IMG/VR virus record: IMGVR_UViG_3300025689_000001
Location: 1-64,000 of that record
DNA length: 64,000 bases
Source: a virus
Taxonomy: Duplodnaviria > Caudoviricetes
Strand: one strand, 5' to 3'
How positions within the stretch are numbered: the stretch's first letter is position 1; each line of letters opens with the position of its first letter. The notes under the pieces are model-generated. The model worked only from the letters and a program-made list of their open reading frames with translations, was not told the DNA's origin and did not search any database. This document shows positions 63,501-64,000 of the stretch, piece after piece. The position numbers and the translations under genes were made by a program.

Positions 63501-64000
63501 CATAACGCTGAGTATTTCTATCAAGGCTATCCCACTTTTGACTTAATTCAAGGAATACATCATCAAGGTTTCTGAACTGTCCATCAACATCTTTTAATTC
63601 AACACCAACCGATTTTAATGCCTTATCAACTTTGTTGTAATCCAAATCTTCAAACTCAGAGTCTGCTGTACCAGCAATATTCTCTTTTAACTCAGTAAAT
63701 CTTGCAATAATAGTCTTTAAAGATGTACCAATGTTCTCAGCAGATTCCTAAGTTGTTTCAATCATCTGAGTAAGGAATGTAGATGTGTTTTCAAATGACA
63801 TACCAGCAGAATTAGCAATTGATGCTGTTCTTGCCATAGCTTGTGCAATATCATCAACAGATGCTGCGGCGTGAGCTGCAAGGTTTGAATAAACATCAGT
63901 TACTCGTCCACCTTCGTCCATTTCCATTTTGAAACCACGAATAGCAGATGTCATTTCCTGAGTAGCTGTTTCAAAATCATTACCTGCTAAAGTAGCAAGT
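57511..64000 (-). CDS. Tape measure protein (5' end outside window), many TAG
   Basis: At least 10 ORF fragments in one frame over ~6.5 kb; TP901-like core AMARTASIANSAGMSFE...ETT[TAG]ESAENIGTSLKTIIARF; TM segment; C-terminal YKEGGLVNYTGPAWVDG. Confidence 0.88.

Noticed and set aside
1-64000. Fragmented genes as pseudogenes of a decaying prophage
   Set aside because: Interruptions are only in-frame TAG or precisely spliceable introns; I found no frameshifts or internal TAA/TGA, and catalytic motifs are intact
1-64000. DGR template repeat/RT, suppressor tRNA, release factor or phage sigma factor inside the window
   Set aside because: None seen; if present they lie outside this window

Overview
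This 64-kb window is part of a large, AT-rich tailed dsDNA phage genome, most likely infecting a Firmicute (sigmaA-type promoters, SPbeta-like replisome order, siphovirus-type Dit/TMP tail genes). It is read with a recoded genetic code in which TAG encodes Gln (code 15). Many conserved genes are broken by in-frame TAG only, several TAGs sit at conserved Gln positions, and every gene end I could trace is TAA or TGA. The + strand (2.9-46 kb) carries nucleotide metabolism and replication genes: dNMP kinase, ATP-dependent ligase, RNase H, NrdH/NrdD/NrdG/TrxB, GyrB/GyrA, SSB, Sak4, PIN-PhoH, DnaB, DnaG, RecJ, DnaE, ClpP, dUTPase and a RuvC-like resolvase. The - strand carries TMP, endolysin, Dit and a ~2100-aa tail protein on the right, and on the left an HPr-like protein and a tail-fibre protein with a DGR-target-like C-terminus. 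nrdD is split by 4 and dnaE by 5 group I introns, each with a homing endonuclease gene (HEG). I placed all nine splice junctions from the 5' U, the omega-G and IGS pairing. dnaE includes a 29-nt micro-exon just before the catalytic DIDID. Six intron HEGs share a GIY-YIG domain plus tandem ~55-60-aa 'IN.G...YP(L/I)R' repeats. Other notable signals are a candidate phage-specific late promoter (TTAGA-N18-TACWTTATA), RBS-sequestering hairpins before HEGs, near-absence of GATC and an excess of GCCGC/GCGGC. I saw no tRNA, CRISPR array or reverse transcriptase. All family assignments come from motif recognition by eye, not database searches.
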